NCBI RefSeq assembly: GCF_018350175.1
Contig: NC_058370.1
Coordinates: 3,720,001-3,784,000 of the forward strand
Direction: 5' to 3'
DNA from: Felis catus
Lineage: Eukaryota
Length of the DNA: 64,000 nt
The position numbers and the translations under genes are program-made. The notes under the pieces are model-generated. The model was not told where the DNA came from and made no database searches. It was given only the letters and a program-made list of their open reading frames with translations. Shown one piece after another: positions 61,700 through 64,000 of this stretch; positions within the stretch are counted from its first letter, which is position 1; every line of letters starts with the position of its first letter.

Positions 61700-62200
61700 G
61701 GCCCTGGTCCCTTCATCCTGAGTCGGACGGTGAGGCTCTGAGTTTCAAACCCTCCCAGGGCTCCGACCCTGGTGGTATGCCCCTCCCCCACCTCCCTGGC
61801 TCTCTCCCGCCACCACGGCTCCTAGCTGTTCCCGGACCCTCTGGCAGACCCCGCTGTGGTCTTCACACTGGCAGCTCCTTTCCCCCTAGGGCCCCTCCAG
61901 CCCCAACCACAGGCTCCTTCCTCACTGCCTTCCAGTCCTGGCTCAAGCGTCACCTCCTCGGGGACCCTGACACCCTATTCAACACCCAACGGTCCACCGC
62001 CCGCTGCGCTTACGATTCCCGCACCTGCCCACTTCTCCTGTGCGTTCCCGCCCAACACTCATTCCCAGCATGCGGATGACTCTCTACTGGCTGTGGGTAC
62101 TGGTTATTGTTTGTCTCTCCCACCGGGATGCAGGCCCCGGGGGGTCGGCAGTCCTGTCTGCTTTGCTCAGTGGTGTCCCAGCTGCCAGAGGGTGCTGGAA
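61700..62200 (+). mobile_element. L2 fragment
   Basis: aaaccctcccagggctcc...ctcactgccttccagtcctggctcaagcgtcacctcctc...gtttgtctctcccaccgggatg..gtcctgtctgctttgctca resembles the L2 3' region. Confidence 0.6.
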
Positions 62201-62641
62201 CACTCTGAAAGACTCGGGTCCAGCCCAGGGAACAGGCCTGATTCCCACCCAAGGCTACTCCTTGCAGGGCCTGGCAGTGAGCTTGGTGAACCTCAGTGCG
62301 GACCTCACGCTCCTCAGCATTAAACTCCTTCCCGTTGGCTCGGCCGCCCAGGCCGTCTATCAAAGTACATGTCTGACTCCGGAGTACGTCGGCCAGACTA
62401 TTAATGCTCTCGTCGGTTTCTATCGTCAATCAACTAATCAGTTGACTAACCTGTCAAGCTGTTAAGGCAAATGTTGACGGGTCAGGACCTAGAAGGGAGC
62501 CTTGTGGCATTCCTTTAGAGATCCTGGGGTGGTCAAACTACCTACGAAATTTTCAAGCATACAGAAAAGTAGGAAAATAAGTACAACGAACAGTCATATA
62601 CACAATATCCAGACTCTTCCATTAACACTTTGCATTTCCTT

Positions 62642-62708
62642 TGTGTGTGTGCGTGTGTGTGTGTGTGTGTGTCTGTGTCTGTGTGTGTCTGTGTGTGTCT
62701 GTGTGTGT
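62642..62708. repeat. Compound (TG)n/(TGTGTC)n microsatellite
   Basis: Seen directly. Confidence 0.92.
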
Positions 62709-62743
62709 AATCTCCACCTAGACAGATACCCTATAGGAAAATT

Positions 62744-62879
62744 CAGGGGTCGGCAGACTTTCTCTGCAACAATCCAGTCATAAAAAATACATAATGGATA
62801 TGGTTGTGTTCCAATAAAACTTTATTTACAAAACCAGGCAGCAGCCCACAACCCCGGGAAACACGACAACTCGCCCCTG
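62744..62879. mobile_element. MER58A-like hAT element
   Basis: caggggtcggcagactttctctg ... ggttgtgttccaataaaactttatttacaaaaccaggc ... cccctg. Confidence 0.82.
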
Positions 62880-63831
62880 ATGAAACTTCCTCTGAGCAGA
62901 TCCAGCCCCCCCCCACCCCCACCCCGCACACGCACTCACGCAAGTCCTGGATCACAGCCGTGCCGCGGGGGCCAGGAGGCATCGACAGCCCATGGGACAC
63001 ATGATGTGAAGCAAGGGGCAGTGAGCTGGGAACTCACAGACTCAGTTGGGAACTCCCCACTGAGAGGCGGATGCCCACGGGTCTGTCCCCAAGCTCAGAC
63101 GCTGAGTGCTCAGCCCGGAGAGGCTCAGTGGAGGGAACAGACTAGAAGACTCCCCAGCCCGTCCCCCTCCCTTCACGGCCGCAGGGGAAGAGACTGGGCT
63201 TGGAGTCACTGGGCTCCAGACTGGGATTAAGAGCAAGTTGAACGCCTCAGCCTCACTTTGCCCGTCTGTAAGATGGTGGCAGTGGCAGGACCTGCCTCCC
63301 AGGCCCCGGGGAGGACGAGGGGAGAAGGGCCTACTGCCCCGCCACGCACTGCTGGGAAGGAACGGACCATACGCTTTATTTCCGACCGCGAAGTTCAACA
63401 CCACCAGATTCCTACTGTGCCATTTGCTTGTGTCAGAAAGAAGCCAGGTGGGAAAAAGAAGGGAAGACTTGAGGACAGAAGGAGGCAGGAGGGAGGGAGG
63501 CATGAGAGCTTCTTCATAAGTCGCCTGGTGACAGTGACACCCTGGGCCCCTGGCGGCCGTCTCACACACACCCAGGGGGGCCTTTCTGCTAAATGGGAGC
63601 CCTGCAGTCTTGACTCCAGCCAGCTTCCTGGGGCGGTAACTCTAGCTGGTACTCATTCTGTCCAGGTCCTTGTCCCCAGGCAGGTTCTGGAAGGTTCTCT
63701 TCCTGGTGCCTCAGGCTGTGCATTTAAGGAATTCTTCTGTTAACGACTGGGAGGGTTAATTCCCAGGGAAACAACTGAAATAGGGAATTATACAAGTTGG
63801 GTAAGAATTGGCACATTTTTTTTCTAAGATA

Positions 63832-63915
63832 TTTTTTTAAGTTTTTTTTTTTTTTTTTGAGAGAGAGAGAGTGCAAGTGGGGTTGGGGCAGAGGGAGAGA
63901 GAGAAAGAGAGAGAG

Positions 63916-63962
<47 letters not shown>

Positions 63963-64000
63963 CCCAAGCAGGTTCCATGCTGCCAGCACGGAGCTCAATG
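63832..64000 (-). mobile_element. Can-SINE (partial, runs off window) with long (GA)n tract
   Basis: Poly-T, (GA)n, then gaatcccaagcaggttccatgctg. Confidence 0.9.

Larger units (their letters stand above)
13568..64000 (-). other. PHACTR3: Large upstream intron of PHACTR3 (main first exon not seen in window)
   Basis: No further PHACTR3-like coding sequence or other gene is recognisable. The region is repeat-rich, consistent with the known very long first intron of PHACTR3. Confidence 0.8.

Overview
GC-rich mammalian genomic DNA from a carnivore, most likely a felid, judged from feline-type Can-SINEs and an L1 3' end of the cat type. The whole window lies inside PHACTR3 (scapinin; phosphatase and actin regulator 3), transcribed on the minus strand. 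Three internal coding exons are present: 13567-13406 (162 bp), 9787-9710 (78 bp) and 3121-2939 (183 bp). All have AG/GT borders and splice in frame to (D)[93 protein letters not shown]...DSHSDDA. Positions ~13.6-64 kb are the large upstream intron, and later exons lie beyond position 1. The rest is intronic: 17 Can-SINEs, old L1/L2/MIR fragments, MER58-type hAT elements, a Tigger-like element, an LTR, a 38-bp minisatellite with higher-order structure, microsatellites and two assembly gaps. Almost all ORFs in the supplied track are artefacts of GC content or repeats. I do not see a novel biological system. The best leads are regulatory: a candidate alternative non-coding first exon near 31.9-32.3 kb, an out-of-frame ATG overlapping the internal start codon, CTCF-like motifs, a very young antisense SINE near exon 2, and an inverted L1. 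Repeat family names come from recalled consensus sequences and were not verified by search.
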